In this document: positions 48,152 through 62,432 of the stretch, one piece after another
Layout of the letters: each line of letters begins with the position of its first letter
Numbering within the stretch: position 1 is the first letter of the stretch
Assembly (NCBI RefSeq): GCF_963921235.1
Contig: NC_086097.1
Coordinates: 147,004,001-147,068,000, forward strand
DNA from: Mobula hypostoma
Lineage: Eukaryota
DNA length: 64,000 bases
Reading direction: 5' to 3'
Made by a program: the position numbers and the translations under genes
Notes under the pieces: generated by a model
What the model was told of the DNA's origin: nothing
The model's database searches: none
The model's input: only the letters and a program-made list of their open reading frames with translations

Positions 48152-49059
48152 ATATCAGAGTACCAAAGGGAAGGTCTGTGAAAGGATGGTGACTGGGAGA
48201 AATTGAATGACGTAAGTGGGGGTGGTATTGGTTGAAAGAGTGATAGATGTATATCTGGTAAATGTGGAAGTTAAAGAGGATGACAACAAAGAAAATGCAA
48301 AAGTATGAAGATACAGTGCAAACTTCGGAGAGATAAATGGTTATAGCCACATGCTGCTGGATTGAAAACCCTGACTATAAATAGAAAGACAAAAAGACTG
48401 GGACACAGATAAACAGATGGTGGCAAATCTGCCTTTTAGGTAGGTGGGAGATCCAGAAAGAAATAGATAAATCACAATGTGGATTAATAGATACAGAGAG
48501 GAAAAAGATTAAACATAGACGAGGGCAGGAAGGAGCAAAATTAATGTGCAGAAGACAGTAATATAAGTAATATATGAATAAAAGCAATGAATAAATAATT
48601 ATGCTAACAGTAAAAGATAAAAATGTAATCAAACAGAGGCATGAGTAGGTACATACAGAATGAGCCATAGAAATGTATACTGAGACAGATATTGGATGGG
48701 ACATCATTTAAATATCAGATATTGTAACACAATATTCAAATGTTTACCTTTGTCATACATAATATAAAACTTTGCAATTAAATTGTCAAAACTTGTTTGA
48801 AACTTACTTGAAAAACATAGGAGAGCAATAAACCTGCATTTGCTTACAAAAGCAATCTGAGAGGAAAGGAAGGAGAAGTGAGGTGATGGATTTCTAATAA
48901 ACTTTTACTGTGTCACAATTGGTTGTTGTGCTATCAAGAATGATTGCGACCATGTTGATGGCATGATTCAACTGTATTTCAGAAAATCTCTTTATTACCC
49001 AGCAGAATGGTTAAAATCACACAGTACAATTTCTACTCTGTGATGATCACTATTTTATT

Positions 49060-49480
49060 TACTTAATTTCACACTAGTCCAAGCTTCCTTCCTCCTCTTT
49101 CAGTCTGGCTGACAGTTTACAAAAGCATCTCTCTCAACACTTCGCTTCTCCTCACCCCTGTGTCTTCCTTCCCATTAAAATAATGCTCACTGTATTTTAG
49201 AATCCTTCTTCAGCTTTTTATCTCTTCCACATATCATCTCCAGCTTCTTACTTCATTCCCCTCTCTCACTTACCCACCTTCCTTCTCACCTTCCTTCTTA
49301 CCTGGTCTCACTAATCACCTGCCAGCTTGTACTCATTTCCCTCCCTCCACTTTCTTATTCTAGCTTCTGCCCCCTTCCTTTCCAGTTGTGATGAAGGGGT
49401 GTGGCCTCAAACGATGAAACACAATATTTTGTGAGTGTTACTCAAAGTTTTCAGCATCTGCAGAATCTCTTGAGTTTATG
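49060..49480 (+). mobile_element. Penelope-like terminal remnant
   Basis: A pyrimidine tract, then a decayed ccagttgtgatgaagggg...cctcaaacg, then cagcatctgcagaatctct. Confidence 0.6.
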
Positions 49481-49624
49481 ATTTGCTGCTCTATGCTTTC
49501 TTCTTTTATCTACTACAGTGATATAGTTAACTTTTAAATGTCGGACACTTGTATGATGAGAGGCAGATAGTATCAGAAATGATAGCATTGTCATCAAAAT
49601 AAACATCAAAGAAGCAAGATACCT

Positions 49625-49855
49625 GATGTTAAATCCATTTCTACATAAAAAAATCTACAGTGAGAGGCAGTAAAATGTGGACCATTTTACATATCTTGGA
49701 AGCCATTGTTCAGGATGACAGACACTGATGATGAAATTCACCATTGCCTCCAGAGGACCAGCACAAGATATCGTTGTCTGAAGAAAATTGTGTTTGAAGA
49801 CCTCAAATGCTGTGCAAAGCTCATGGTCTACCAGTCAGCTGTAATTCCTGTGCAT
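49625..49855 (+). mobile_element. RTE LINE fragment
   Basis: NVDHFTYLGS...DDEIHHCLQRTS...LKKIVFED...KLMVYQ. Confidence 0.75.
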
Positions 49856-50149
49856 CTGAACAAGAAACTTGAGAAATGGAATCCATATTCGGAATTATGT
49901 TTGGGAAAGAATGTTTGGATGGTGATGAAAATTGGGAGCACTGGTAACCAAATCAAGATTCAGTGGATTGGAGCAGGGAAGGACAGACAGGAGTTGAAAG
50001 CAGTAGACCACTGGACCGCGAGGCTTACGGTTTAGTCATGGAAAGCTGGACCACCAAACAGATTAGGAGCAAAATAACACTGCATGATAGCTTGCATGGT
50101 AAATATCAGAAGCAAAATTACTGGGTAGTCAACTAGATTGGCCAACGTA

Positions 50150-52020
50150 ATCCCCACCATCAGCCACATTTTCTCCTCCCTCTACTTCTTACTTTCAGGG
50201 ACCACAGCCTCTGGTCCACTCATCCATTCCCATCCACCTCTCTTTGACCCCAAGTACTTTCTCCTGCAATAGCAGGAGCTGTAACACTTGCTCTTATACC
50301 ACCTAGGAGATGTCAGGGGTAAGTTTTTTATGCAGAGAGTGGTGTGTGTGTGGAATGGGCTGCCGGCAGCGGCGGTGGAGGCAGAAACGATAGGGTCTTT
50401 TAAGAGACTCCTGGATGGCTACATGGAGCTTAGAAAAATAGAGAGCTATGGGTAAAGCCTAGGTAGTTCTGCGGTAGGGACATGTTCGACACAGCTTTGC
50501 GGGCCGAAGGGCCTGTATTGTGCTGTACGTTTTCTGTTTCTATGTTTCTACCTCCTTAACTAACATCCAGGGACCTAAACAGCCCTTCCAGATGAGGCAA
50601 AGGTTCATGTGCATCTCCTCTGACCTCATCCACTGTATACAATGTCCGGATGTGGACTCCCCTACACTGATGATATCAAATGCAGATCAGGTGACTCTGT
50701 TCACAATTCCACCCTGAGTTCCCATTGCAGACCTTTCCAATTCCCCTGCCCCTTCCCATTGCTCGGGTGAGGCTAAACACAAACTAAAACAACTACACCT
50801 CATATTCCGTCTGGGTAGTCTAAAACCCAATTGCATGAACAATAGCTTTCCAGTTTTAGGTAGTGCTCCCCTCAGATAGTTTTCTCCCCGATTTTCCTCC
50901 ATCACTCACCTTCTGATCTTCCTCTAGTTCTCCCATTTTTGTCCCTTCTCCTACTTCTATCCTCAGCAGCTCCCCATCATCCATCTTCATCCCTCTATAT
51001 AGTTTCATCCACCACTATAAACAGGCTTCTGCTGCCTCATTCTTCCCCTATCTGATCCCAGTTCTCTCTGTCATTTAGCTCTTCCCTAATGGATGCCATC
51101 ATCGCCTCTGTCACTTATCAGATTCGAGTATTGCTTGCCTTTTGTGTTCCTGCTTTTCACCCTCCAGCAGCTGTCTTCAGCCTTCATCCTCCACTCCTCA
51201 CTCTCCTCCCTGGCACCTCTTTCTATTTGTCTCTCATTCTTTCCTCTTTATCTGCCTCCATTTGCAATGCACTGTCACTCTCTCTCAACTCCTGCCCCCC
51301 ACTTCCCCTTTTCCACCAATCACCTTGCACTCCTGCCTCACTACTGCCCATTTCCACCAATCACCTTGCACTCCTGCCTCACTACTCCCCTTTTCCACCA
51401 ATCACCTTGCATTCCTGCCTCACTACTCCCCTTTTCCACCAATCACCTTGCACTCCTGCCTCACTACTCCCCTTTTCCACCAATCACCTTGCATTCCTGC
51501 CTCACTACTCCCCTTTTCCACCAATCACCTTGCACTCCTGCCTCACTACTCCCCTTTTCTTCCTGATTCCACAGTCTCTGGCCTCACCTCCAAGGACTCT
51601 GCAACTCATGCTCTCAGTATTATTTATTTACTATTTTATTATTACTGTTATTATTAGATTTTTTTATATCTACATCATTTTTCTGTTATATATTGTTTGT
51701 TAGTCTTTGTGTGTAGTTTCTCATTAATAAACTTTGGTATATTATATATGAAGGTATAATTGAATTTCTTTGTTCTTCTGTGAATGTCCACAAGAAAATG
51801 AATCTTAAGGTAATATACATTGACATATATGTAGTTTGATAATAAATTCACTTTGAACTTGAACTTCTTTATACTGGTCATTTCTCCTGACCACTTCCAT
51901 CCTGCTGCAGGGTTTCAACCTGAAGCAACGACAATTCTTTTCCCCCTGAAGATGATGATCAGCCCACTGGTTCCTCAAACAGATTATTTGTTGTTCCAAA
52001 TTCTAGCATCTGCAGTCCCT
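50150..52020 (+). mobile_element. Penelope-like 3' remnant interrupted by a CR1 tail (~50305-50549), a minisatellite and a Rex-type tail (~51560-51865)
   Basis: CNTCSYT|SLTNIQGPKQPFQMRQRFMC...LIHCIQC and LHLIFRLGSL, with a PLE terminus at 51900-52018. Confidence 0.7.
51305..51558 (+). repeat. 41-bp minisatellite, ~6 copies
   Basis: The unit is cccttttccaccaatcaccttgca(c/t)tcctgcctcactactc. Confidence 0.95.
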
Positions 52021-53114
52021 GATGCCAACACTGACCAATTGTTCTCAATCTTCTTCAATACCTCAAGAGACACCTACTTCAGCTCCCAAATCAATGTATT
52101 GAATCTGTGCCATGCAACGTCCAAAGCACGTACATCCTTCTTTAGGTAATAAGACCAAATTGCACTCAGTACCCACCAATGCCCTGTATATAATCTGTTA
52201 GTCATCTGTGAAATAAAGGCCAACACACTATTTACTCTCCTGATTGCTGCTTATGCTTACATTTCTACTTACATTTTACACCACAAACCAGGGTACTAAG
52301 ATCTTCATATATAATATACCAAAGTTTATTAATTTCTCTTCATTGCAAAATATTCCATTTTTCTATTCATCTTACTAAAATAGTTAGATTTTCCTAAAGC
52401 TTTGTCAGTCTTCCATGCCCTTGACTTGCAAGCTTAACTTGCATGTAGAGTTGGTGGTAATGAAGGCAAATGTAATGTTTGTATTCATTTCAAGAGGACT
52501 AGATAGCTAGATACTTCATTGATCCCAAAGGAAATTACAGTGTCACAGTAGCATTACAAGTGCACAGTTGTCCAAATATTAGAAGAGAAGTAAGAAAGAA
52601 TAAAAAATAAGTTACCTCAAACAGTCTAACAGAAGGGGGGGGGGGTCATCATTTCCCCGGCTATAGATTGACTCATTGTAGCACCTAATGGCCAAGGTAA
52701 GAATGACGTCACACAGCCCTCTTTGGAGAACACAGTTATCTTAGTCTATTACTAAAAGTACTCTTCTGTTCAGCCAAGGTGGCATGCAGAGGGGCAATGT
52801 TCCATTCTGAAATGCATGCCATTCTGCCACAATCTTAATGGCCCCCTATCATGAATCCCATTGGTCCTGGTCATCTTGTATCTCCGGAAAAGCAGCCCTG
52901 CCTTTTGTATGGCCTGGTTGGCACAGGCAATGACATGGATTCAGGAAGTGATTCTTGCCATGGACACTAGGCCCTGGGTGAACAATTAAATAAGGCAGGT
53001 CACCCCAATATACACAAGACTAACTAAAAATAAAAATCAGCATATAAACAGGAATGTTTTCCACGTAGCTCAACCTCTGGTCTTAATAATTAAAATAATT
53101 CCCAGTTTATTTTG

Positions 53115-53415
53115 AACAACACACATCAAATGCTGGAGGAACTCAGCAAGCCAGGCAGCATCTGTGGAGGGGGATAAATGGTGAACATTTCCGACTGAGA
53201 CCTTTCATCAGAACTGGAAAGAAAGAGGATCGAAGCCAGAACCGCTCTACACCTCCTTGTTCTGACTTCAGCCCCCTTCCTTCCCAGATCTGATGAAGAG
53301 TCATGGCCTGAAATGTCTACTTTTTATTCCCCTTCATAGATTCTGCCTGATTTGCTATCTCTAACTTTATGTGCGTATTGCTCAAGATTTCCAGCATCTA
53401 AAAATATCTTGTGTT
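53115..53415. mobile_element. Inverted pair of Penelope-like termini with two hammerhead cores
   Basis: A minus-strand terminus at 53115-53240 and a plus-strand terminus at 53261-53415. Each contains CTGATGA...GAAA. Confidence 0.8.
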
Positions 53416-55705
53416 GGCAGTTTATTTTATTTTTATTGCCTTTATTTTACTCAGGTGTTTTTGAAAAAGCATATCCCTGCTAAAGAATTAGAAATTATTT
53501 AGGATGGAAAATGGCTCATTGTATTGTACTTCTCTGATTGTTTCCAAAGCATTCTTAAGACCATAAAACATAGGTGGAAAATTCAGCCGTTTGGGACATT
53601 GAGACTGCTCTAGCACTTGATCTTGTGCTATGAGGTAGGAGACCACAGATGCAGGAGAAACTCCAAGTTCTGAAGACTGCCTATTTTCTATAATCTAGCA
53701 CAGCATGTCCATCCTGAAATATTAGTGCGGCAGCTTGTGTTAGATGAACTGTGCAGTATGCACCTGTGCTTATCTGGGCCCAAACTACAGCACAATTATA
53801 CTGAATACTTGGTGAGAAATCATAAGATTTTGTGCAAAAGATTTGCCTGGTAAAGCTGAGGTTATTTTCCATTAATCTCAGTGGAGATTCTGACAGTTTT
53901 ACCTCTCCTGACGAATTCACTCACAGCCTGCTGCTACAACACCAAGTTCAGACCACTCAAAGAGATAGTTAAAACAACACAATCAATGCAAATAAACAAA
54001 TGACACTTCGGTACTCATCAGGCAAAAAGAATTTGACAAGTTAATTACACGCATCAATTCCATTAATCACATTTGATCCACAATATAGGAAACATGAGGA
54101 AATGTTTCTTTGTCAGCTTAATGACTCTGATCTATTTCCTCAGGTTATTTTGTAATTGCATGCATTAATCTAAGTTTTAATACAGTCTACATGTAAAAAG
54201 ATTCAGAAACACAATTGTTAGAAGGCATTTTCATGTCAAATGAAAGCTAGCAAGTCAATTTGTAAGAAAGATCTTAAAACCAAAGCTAGTTTTTTGTTAG
54301 CCAAAAATTCCCTGGATGACAAGAAAACACTTGCTGATGTGCAATATAGACATGATATGCAGCAAGAAAGTGCTGTTTAGAAATATATTCATTATTATGA
54401 ATTAATGCTTGAAATATAGGTCGATCCATTTCGAAATTAGGTTGCAACAGAATGGTAAGAAGAGATGAGTTTATCAACCTTCCAGCAGGTAAAATATGTA
54501 TTATAGAATCAACTGAGTTCCTGTAGTTTTCCTCTTGTTAAATCATTTGGATTATGTCATTTCACGGAAAGTGAATTGTTTATTATTAAAGAGTGGCATG
54601 GAAATAGTTACAGGAAAGAAAGTGTGATTAGGGAAGTGTACACCTTCTATAAGACTTCAAATAGTGTACAGATTTAGACATTGTCAAAGTCCATGAAACA
54701 TTATCAGATATGAATAATGCTATGGACTTTTTCTTAATTGCATGTGTCTCAGTTTTATTGAATCTTGGAAACATAATATTTTAAAGAGTATTTTTTTCTA
54801 TTATATGTTCTTATATCCTCAGTTCTTCATTGCAAAACTAAAAATTATTGCTATTGCCATGCCTTTACTGTGTGGTATGATTTCTTTACCCTGGTTCAAG
54901 TGGAAGTGTTTATCTCAAGTGGCAATAATATAATTGGAGGAGGTTATGTTTCAGTTGTCTAGATCCACAAGTTAAATCAATCTAACTCCTTTGAAGTTCC
55001 ACTACACGATTTTCAACAGATATATTGATGGAGACTCACCAAGGTTGTCACAACTAAGTTAATTTCTGAAGGCAGATTGCATAATCTTGAAAATAAGACT
55101 GTGACCTGATCTAGCTAATGTTCTTAAGATTCTAAGTTTTGCTGGGGTGGTTTTCAACTAGGGAAATTAAGGAAAAGATGACATATGCTCACAAGTAGAA
55201 CGAGTTCATTCAGTACTTAAAACAGGAAATAGACCTTCACATAAAAATCTGAAGTCTGAAGTTCTTTTCTGCATCAGACTGCATATTTTTGGATAACTAG
55301 AATTTTCAACTTGAGTAAAATTCAGGTACATGAGGATATATAAACAAATGGCTTACGTGGATATGAAGTATTATCTAACTGGATAGCCAAGCTGTTCCAG
55401 GACTCCTCTAATCTCTTTTTCCAGTGAACCACAAACCAAAGGAGCTGCATATGCAAACTTGTATCCAGGAAAGATCATCCATGCATTCCTATGGTGTTTT
55501 ATCAAATTAAAACTTTTCATTGTGAATTAATTCAGGAAAACACAGTCGCCTTTTAACTAGTGCACATTACATCATATCACATACTGGTGGAAATATAAGC
55601 TTGTACAAAATATTTGAAACATTTCTTTAAACCTTCAACCTGGATTGAATGCAAGTGTAAACATATGTGACCACATGCAGATGTGTACGTAGAGTATCAA
55701 TACAG

Positions 55706-56244
55706 TGTATTCATGACCAATTCCATTAAAAATAATGACCACTGAGTGTATGTTTATGACCTTCCACTGCTGTAGCCTATCCACCTCAAATTTCACATTG
55801 TGTGCATTCAGAGATGCTCATCTCCACACCAGTGTTGCTATGCAAGGTTACTTGAGTTACAGTCACTTTCCTGTCAGCTTGAACCAGTCTTGTCATTCTC
55901 CTCTGACCTCTCTCATCAACAAAGCATTTCACCCACAGAACTGCTGCTCACTGGAGTTTTTATTTGTGTTTTGCACTATTCTCTGTAAACCTTAGAGACT
56001 GTTGTGCATGACATTCCCAGGAATCAGCAGTTTCTGAGATACTCTAACAGCACCATCTGGCACCAACAATCATTTCACAGTCAAAGTCACATTTCTTCTC
56101 CAGTCTGGTGTTTGGTCTGAACAGCAACTGAACCTCTTGACCATGTCTGCATACTTTTATGCAATGAGTTGCAGTATGATTGGCTGATTAGATATTTGCA
56201 TTAACGAGGTGCACAGGTATACCTAATAAAGTAGCCACTGAATG
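55706..56244. mobile_element. Tc1-like non-autonomous element
   Basis: The right end acctaataaagtagccactgaatg is followed by TA. An internal copy (aataatgaccactgagtgta) lies near the degenerate left end. Confidence 0.65.
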
Positions 56245-56849
56245 TATGTATTATTACAGACACATATTGAGAGAAGAGCAAAGCAGTTTATGGTAATTGA
56301 ATAGGCAGTGTTGCAACAAAAAGACATTTGATTTTCATGAAGAAACCCCAGGAAAGACTGAACCTTTGGGCCGAAATTCCACAAAACTTGATGCCATCTA
56401 TAAAATTTCTGAAAACAGACCTCAGGATGGGTTGATGAGCTCAGAGCTATGCAAGTCAGTTTCATCAGTTTATTTGAGAAATAAGCATTGAAGGCTGTAC
56501 CTGCCTTCTAATGAGATCTCAAAATGGTTTTCAGAATGAATATCACAAGTTCCAAGAGAGCACATCAATATGCTCTGTTATTCATGTTGATCTCAGAGAG
56601 TATTTGATGACATTTGAGTTCAAATCCAATCCTATCCTATACAGCACATATCACCTCCACTTGTATGAAACCTCAGTAATATGATTATAGACAGTAGTAC
56701 AAAAAATACATGTAAGCTAAGTGCAGGAAATCAAGGAAAAAGGATTGGAAGAATATCAGACTGGGTCCTCTTGTGAAGTTCCAGACTGTAGTGCAGACGC
56801 AGCAGAAGCATTCTCGTGCAGATCTGTATTGGAGCTTGAAAAACCTAGT

Positions 56850-59800
56850 TTCTATAAAAGAGAGGTGCTGTCTAGCAGAGTGATCATTGTGGGAGTGTCC
56901 TGAATCAAAGTGGGAAGGCTTTGGCTCAACAGGCTTCAGTGAGAACAGGTAGAGGTGAGGTGAGGTAAGTAGGTAAGTTTATTTCTTATTTAACTCTTGA
57001 AAGAATAGGAAGTATGACTGCAGGGCCAGTGTTCTGTTCTGGGTGTCAGATATGGGAATGCCAGCCTCCCCGATGGCCACATCTGCACCAGCTGCATCAA
57101 AATGCAGCTCCTTAGAGACCGTGTTAGGGGTCCAGAGCTGCAGCTCGATGACCTATGGCTTGTTAGGGAAAGTGAGGAAGTGACAGACAGGAGCTACAGG
57201 GAGACAGTCACCCCAAGGCTATAGGCGACAGATAAATGGCGAGAGAGGGATGGGAAAATATCAGGTAGTAGAGATCACCCTTGTGGCTGTCCCCCTCAAC
57301 AATAAGTACACCATTTTGAGTACTGTTAGTGGGGGGAGCAACAGTGACCGTGCCCCTAGCACTGAGTCCGGCTGTGTGGCTCAAAAGGGTAGAAAACTGA
57401 AGAGGATGGCAGCAGTAATAGTGGACTTTATAGTTAGAGGGGCAGATAGGTGATTCTGTGGTTGCAAAAAAGAAACACTGATGGTAGTTTGCCTGCCAGG
57501 TGCCAGGGTCTGCAATGTTTCTGAACACGTCCATAATATTCTGAGAAGGGAGGGTGAGCAGCCAGAAATTAATGTACAAATTGGTACCAATGATATAGGT
57601 AGAAAAAGGAGGACACCTTGAAAACAGAATACAGCGAGTTAGGAAGGAAGCTGAGAAGCAAGACCTCAAGGGTAGTAATCTCAGGATTGCTGCCTGTGCC
57701 ACACGACAGTGAGGATCAGAATAGTATGAGGTGGCAGACAAATACGTGGTTAAAGAACTGGAGGAGGGGGCTGGGATTCAGATTTCTGGATTATTGGGAC
57801 ATCTTCGGGGCAGTTGTGACCTGTACAAAAGGGAAGGATTCCACTTGAATTCGAGAGGAACCAATATCCTTACAGACAGGTTTACTAGAGCTTTTGGGAG
57901 TGGTTTAAATGAATATGGCAGGTGGATGGGAACTGGGATGATAGAGCCTGCAGGCTTATAAGTAGATGATGGGTGTAACATGAATGTAAGGAAGGACAAG
58001 ACAATGACCGTGTACAAATACAGACAGTGCAAAGAGTTAAATTGTATTCAGAGGCTAATCACAAAAGGGTGAAGAATGCAGGGCTGAAGGTGCAGAATTT
58101 AAATACATTTAGTATTTTGAATAAGGTGGATGAACGCATGGCACAACTAGAGATTGGTTGGTATGACTTTATAGACATCACTGAGTTATGGCTGAAAGAA
58201 GGTCATAGTTGGAAGCTTAATATAAAAGGATATATTTTATGTCAAAAGGACAGGCAGGAAGGCATAGGTGATGCTGTTAGTAAAAGACAGAATTACATCT
58301 TTAGGAAGAGGTGAAATAGGATCACAGAATGTTGAATCTTTGTGGGTGGAGTTATGAAAGTACAAGGGTTAAAAAAAACATCATGGGAATCATATATAGG
58401 CCTCCAAATAGTAGCCAAGATGTGGGGTTGAGATTGTAAAGGGAGCTGAAAAGGGCATTTAATAAGGGTAATGTCACAATTGTAATGGGGGACTTCACTA
58501 TACAAGGGAATTGGGAAAATCAGGTTGGTGTTGGATCTCAAGAGAGGGAATTTGTTGAATGCCTATGAGATGGCTTTTTAGAGCAGCCTGTGCTTAAGTC
58601 TACTCAGAGAAAGGCTATCTTAGATTGGATGTTGTTTGATAATCTAGATTTTATTAGGGAGCAGAAGGTAAAGAACCCTTAGGAGGCGGTGATCATAATA
58701 TGATTGAATTCATGCTATAATTTGAGATGAAGAAGCATAAATCAAATGTATTAAATATATCAGTGTCAATGGAACTAAGGGGATTACAGAGGCATGAGAG
58801 AGGAGCTCACCCAGGTGGATTGGAGGGGGATACTGGCAGGGATGACAGCAGAGCAGAGGTGGCTGAAATTTCTGGGAAATAATTCACAAGGTGCAGGATA
58901 GATATGTCCTACTGAAGAAGTTGTTCTCAAATGGCAAGAGTAGGCAACCTTGGCTGACAAGGGAGGTTAAGGACTGCAAAAAAAACAAGGAAGGGACATA
59001 TAACATAGCAAACATGAGTGGGAAGTTGGATGATTGGGAAGTTTTTTAAAATCCAACAAAAGGCAACTAATAAATCCATAAGAAGGGAAAAATGAAATAT
59101 AAGGGCAGACTAGCCAATAATATAAAAAAGATTTTTCCAATTATATAAAGAGTAAAACGGAGGTGAGGGTTGATATTGGACCACTGGAAAATGATACTGA
59201 TGGGGTAGTAATGGGGGACAAAGAAATGGCAAATGAACTTAATAAGTATTTTGCATCTGTCTTCACTGTGGAAGACATTAGCAGTGTGCCAGAGGTCTGT
59301 GAGTGTCAGGGAGCAGGAGTGAGTGCTATTGCTATTACAAAGGAAAAAGAGGTTGCTGAAGAGATAGCAAATGCATTGGTTATGATCTTTCACAAATCAC
59401 TTGACTCTGGCATGGTCCCGGAGGACTGGAAGATCGCAAATGTCATTCCACTCTTTAAGAAGGAGGGAAGACAAAAGAAAGGAAATTATAGGCCAGTTAG
59501 CCTAACCTCAGTGGTTGGGAAAGTGTTGGAGTCCATTATTAAGGATGAGGTTTTGGGGTACTTGGAGGCTAATGATAAAATAAGTCCAAGTCAACAAGGC
59601 TTCTGTCCAAGAAATCTTGCTTGACAAATCTGTTACAGTTCTTTGAGGAAGTAACAAGCAGGGTGGACACAGGAGAGGCAGTGGATGTGACTTACTTGGA
59701 TTTTTGAAAGGAATACGATAACGTGCCACACATGAGGCTGGTTAACAAGATAAAATCTCTTGGCATTACAGGAAAGATACTAGTATGGATAGAGGAATAG

Positions 59801-61163
59801 CTGACAAGCAGAAAGCAGCCAGTGGGAATAAAGCGGGCCTTTTCTGGTTGTCTCCCAGTGACTAGTAGTGTTCCTCAGTGGTTAGTGTTGGAACTGCTGC
59901 TTTTCACATTGTTTGCCAGTGACTTAGATAATGGAATTGACGGCTTTGTGGCAAAGTTTGCAGATGCTACAATGATTGGTACAGGGACTGCTAGTACTGA
60001 GGAAACAATGTGATTGCAGCAGGACTTAGTCAAATTGGAAGAGTGGGCAAAAAAATAGCAGATGGAATATAGTGTTGGGAAATTTATGATAATACATTTT
60101 GGTAAAAGGGGGAGAAAAATCAAACATCAGAGTTACAAAGGGACTTAGGAGTCTTCTTGCGTGACTCCCAGAAAGTTAACTTATAGGTTGAATCTGTGGT
60201 AAAGAAGGCAGATGCAATGTTGACATTCATTTCAAGAGGAATTGAATATAAATTTAAGGCATCCGTTAGTCTTGCAAGACCATGGATCTGCACCTGGAAA
60301 GTCTTCACTCTCCAGGGCGCAGGCCTGGGCAAGGTTGTATGGAAGACCAGCTGTTGCCCATGCTGCAAGTCTCCCCTCTCCCGACACCAATGTTGTCCAA
60401 GGGAAGGGCATTAGGACCCATACAGCTTGGCACCAGTGTCATCGCAGAGCACTGTGTGATTAAGTGCCTTGCTCAAGGACACAACATGTTCCCTCGGCTG
60501 GGGTTCAAACTCACGACCTTCAGGTAGCTAGTCCAATGCCTTAACCACTTGGCCACGTGCTCACACAGTAGAATATAAAAGCAAGGAGATAATGCTGAGG
60601 CTTTATAAGACACTAGTCAGGCTGCAGTTGAAGTTTTGTCAACAGTTTTGTGCCCCATATCTCAGAAAGGATGTGTTGTCATTGGAGAGAGTCCAGAGGA
60701 GGTTCATGAGGATGATTCCAGGAAGCTGGGCTTGGCAGCTTTGTGTCTGTACTCACTGTAATGTAGAAGAGTGTGAGGGGATCTCATTGGAACCTATCAA
60801 ATATTGAAAGGACTAGATAGGGTGAATGTGGAGAAGATGTTTCTTGTGGTGTGGGTGTCCAGAACTAAAGGGCACAGCCTCAGAATTGAACTGTGACTCT
60901 TTAGAACGAAAGTAAGGAGGAATTTTTTTAGCCAGAGTGTGGTGAGTTTGTGGAATGCTCTGCCACAGACAGCTATACAGGCCAAGGCGGTGAGTATATT
61001 TAAAGTGAAAATTGATAGTTTCCTGATTGGTCAGGGCATCAAAGCTTATGGCGAGACAGCAGGGGTTGAGTGGGATCCTGGATCAGCCATGATGCAATGG
61101 CAGAGCAGACTTGATGAGCTAAATGGCTTAATTCTGCTCTATGTCTTATGGCCTTATGGTCTT
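56850..61163 (+). mobile_element. Near full-length CR1 LINE (5' UTR, ORF1 Zn-finger plus SGNH esterase, ORF2 EN/RT), inactive
   Basis: ORF1 remnants are CSGCQ..E, HICTSC, IVRGADR, CLPGARV and QIGTND. ORF2 remnants are ITELWL, DHNMIEF, GNYRPVSLTSVVGK and KFADAT. The tail is tcttatggccttatggtctt. It has multiple stops and deletions. Confidence 0.9.
60253..60570 (-). mobile_element. tRNA-derived SINE inserted in the CR1
   Basis: 9-bp TSD gaatataaa at 60244-60252 and 60571-60579. On the minus strand there is an A box tggccaagtgg, a B box gtttgaacc and a central tgtgtccttgagcaaggcactt motif. Confidence 0.85.
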
Positions 61164-62432
61164 TCATTGGAGAAAGCTTTACCATGCTCTACCCGACTTG
61201 ATCCAAATGCAGAAAATGGGCAAGTACATCTTCATCTTGCTGAACACAAAATTAAAAAGTGAAATGTAAATGGGGTTAAGCCATGGCACATTCAAAGTCT
61301 TCTTTGAAGCATTTGCAATAAATCAATGTGCAGCCCAACCAAAAGCTTTGCTAAGCTACAAAAGTGTTGGTAGTGGGCCTGCCAAAAGCTGGTTGTGGTG
61401 CTAGAACTTTGTAAGTTAATCCAGACACTTGTTTTTATCTTTATCAAAATGTCTGATTCATATCTGCAACACAACAGTAGAAGATAAATATCGTCTACTC
61501 GTGCTCACCAATAGAATCATGGAGGGCATCAAGATCAACATAAGCAAAATTTTTAATAATTACTGACCCCATCTCCATTACAAAATGATATAAATCCATC
61601 GTTTTTTACTGTTAAGCTCATAGGCCCATTTACTTTGGCAATCTATATTTGATAATTATTAATACTTGTTTTTCATTTTCTTATTAAAACAATGACTCAC
61701 AGAGATCTCTGCCACATTCTCCGTAACATGCATAAATAAAACCAGATAGGTTTAGCTTATTTCTACAATTGCCAAATAAGGTATATCTTAAAATTATGAA
61801 ATGGGAGGGGAAGTGAAGCAGAGTTTTATCTGCTTTTAAAAAGAAACACTGCCTACACTTACCTTCACTTTCCATAATTTTTTTTTAAAGTACTAAATGA
61901 AAAATACAAATAGATATACCATGGGAATATTTAAAGTGACAGAAGAGTGAAGCAAAATTGGTAAAAGAGAACTGTTTGATGTCAGTATGAGTTTTGGTAG
62001 TTTTAATTCAATCCCTGTTTGGCTTTGTCTATCATAAAAAGTTTACAAACTTTTCACAACTGGGCAATCTCACTCAGCAAGCTCGTTGATTGACAACAAC
62101 CATTAACACCATAAGACAATAAGATTTAGGAGCAGAATTAGGCCAATTAGTCCAAACAGTCCATCGAGACTGCTCTGTTACTTCATCATGGTTGATCCAT
62201 TAAAAGGCTTTCTATCACAATTACTGGACTTGCTCAATATGGACATTATCCTTTTATTTCTCATTGTACTTAAACAACATACATTTTTTCTGTTCTTTAT
62301 ATTTTAATATAGCCTTCGGTCCGTATGTGTTTAAATAGCTCAGTTCAGATTCAATTCGGATTTAGATTAATTTATCACACATACATAGAAACATACAGCG
62401 AAATGAATCTCAAATAAACTGGCTAGGTAGTT

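Noticed and set aside
51305..51558. Regular repeats resembling a CRISPR array, and repetitive ORFs 51089-51703
   Set aside because: The units are head-to-tail with no unique spacers, there are no cas genes, and the context is eukaryotic. The ORFs are a by-product of the repeat.
53699..53811. Open plus-strand segment bounded by AG/GT (QHVHPEILVRQLVLDELC...)
   Set aside because: No recognisable protein and no partner exons, so it is compatible with chance.
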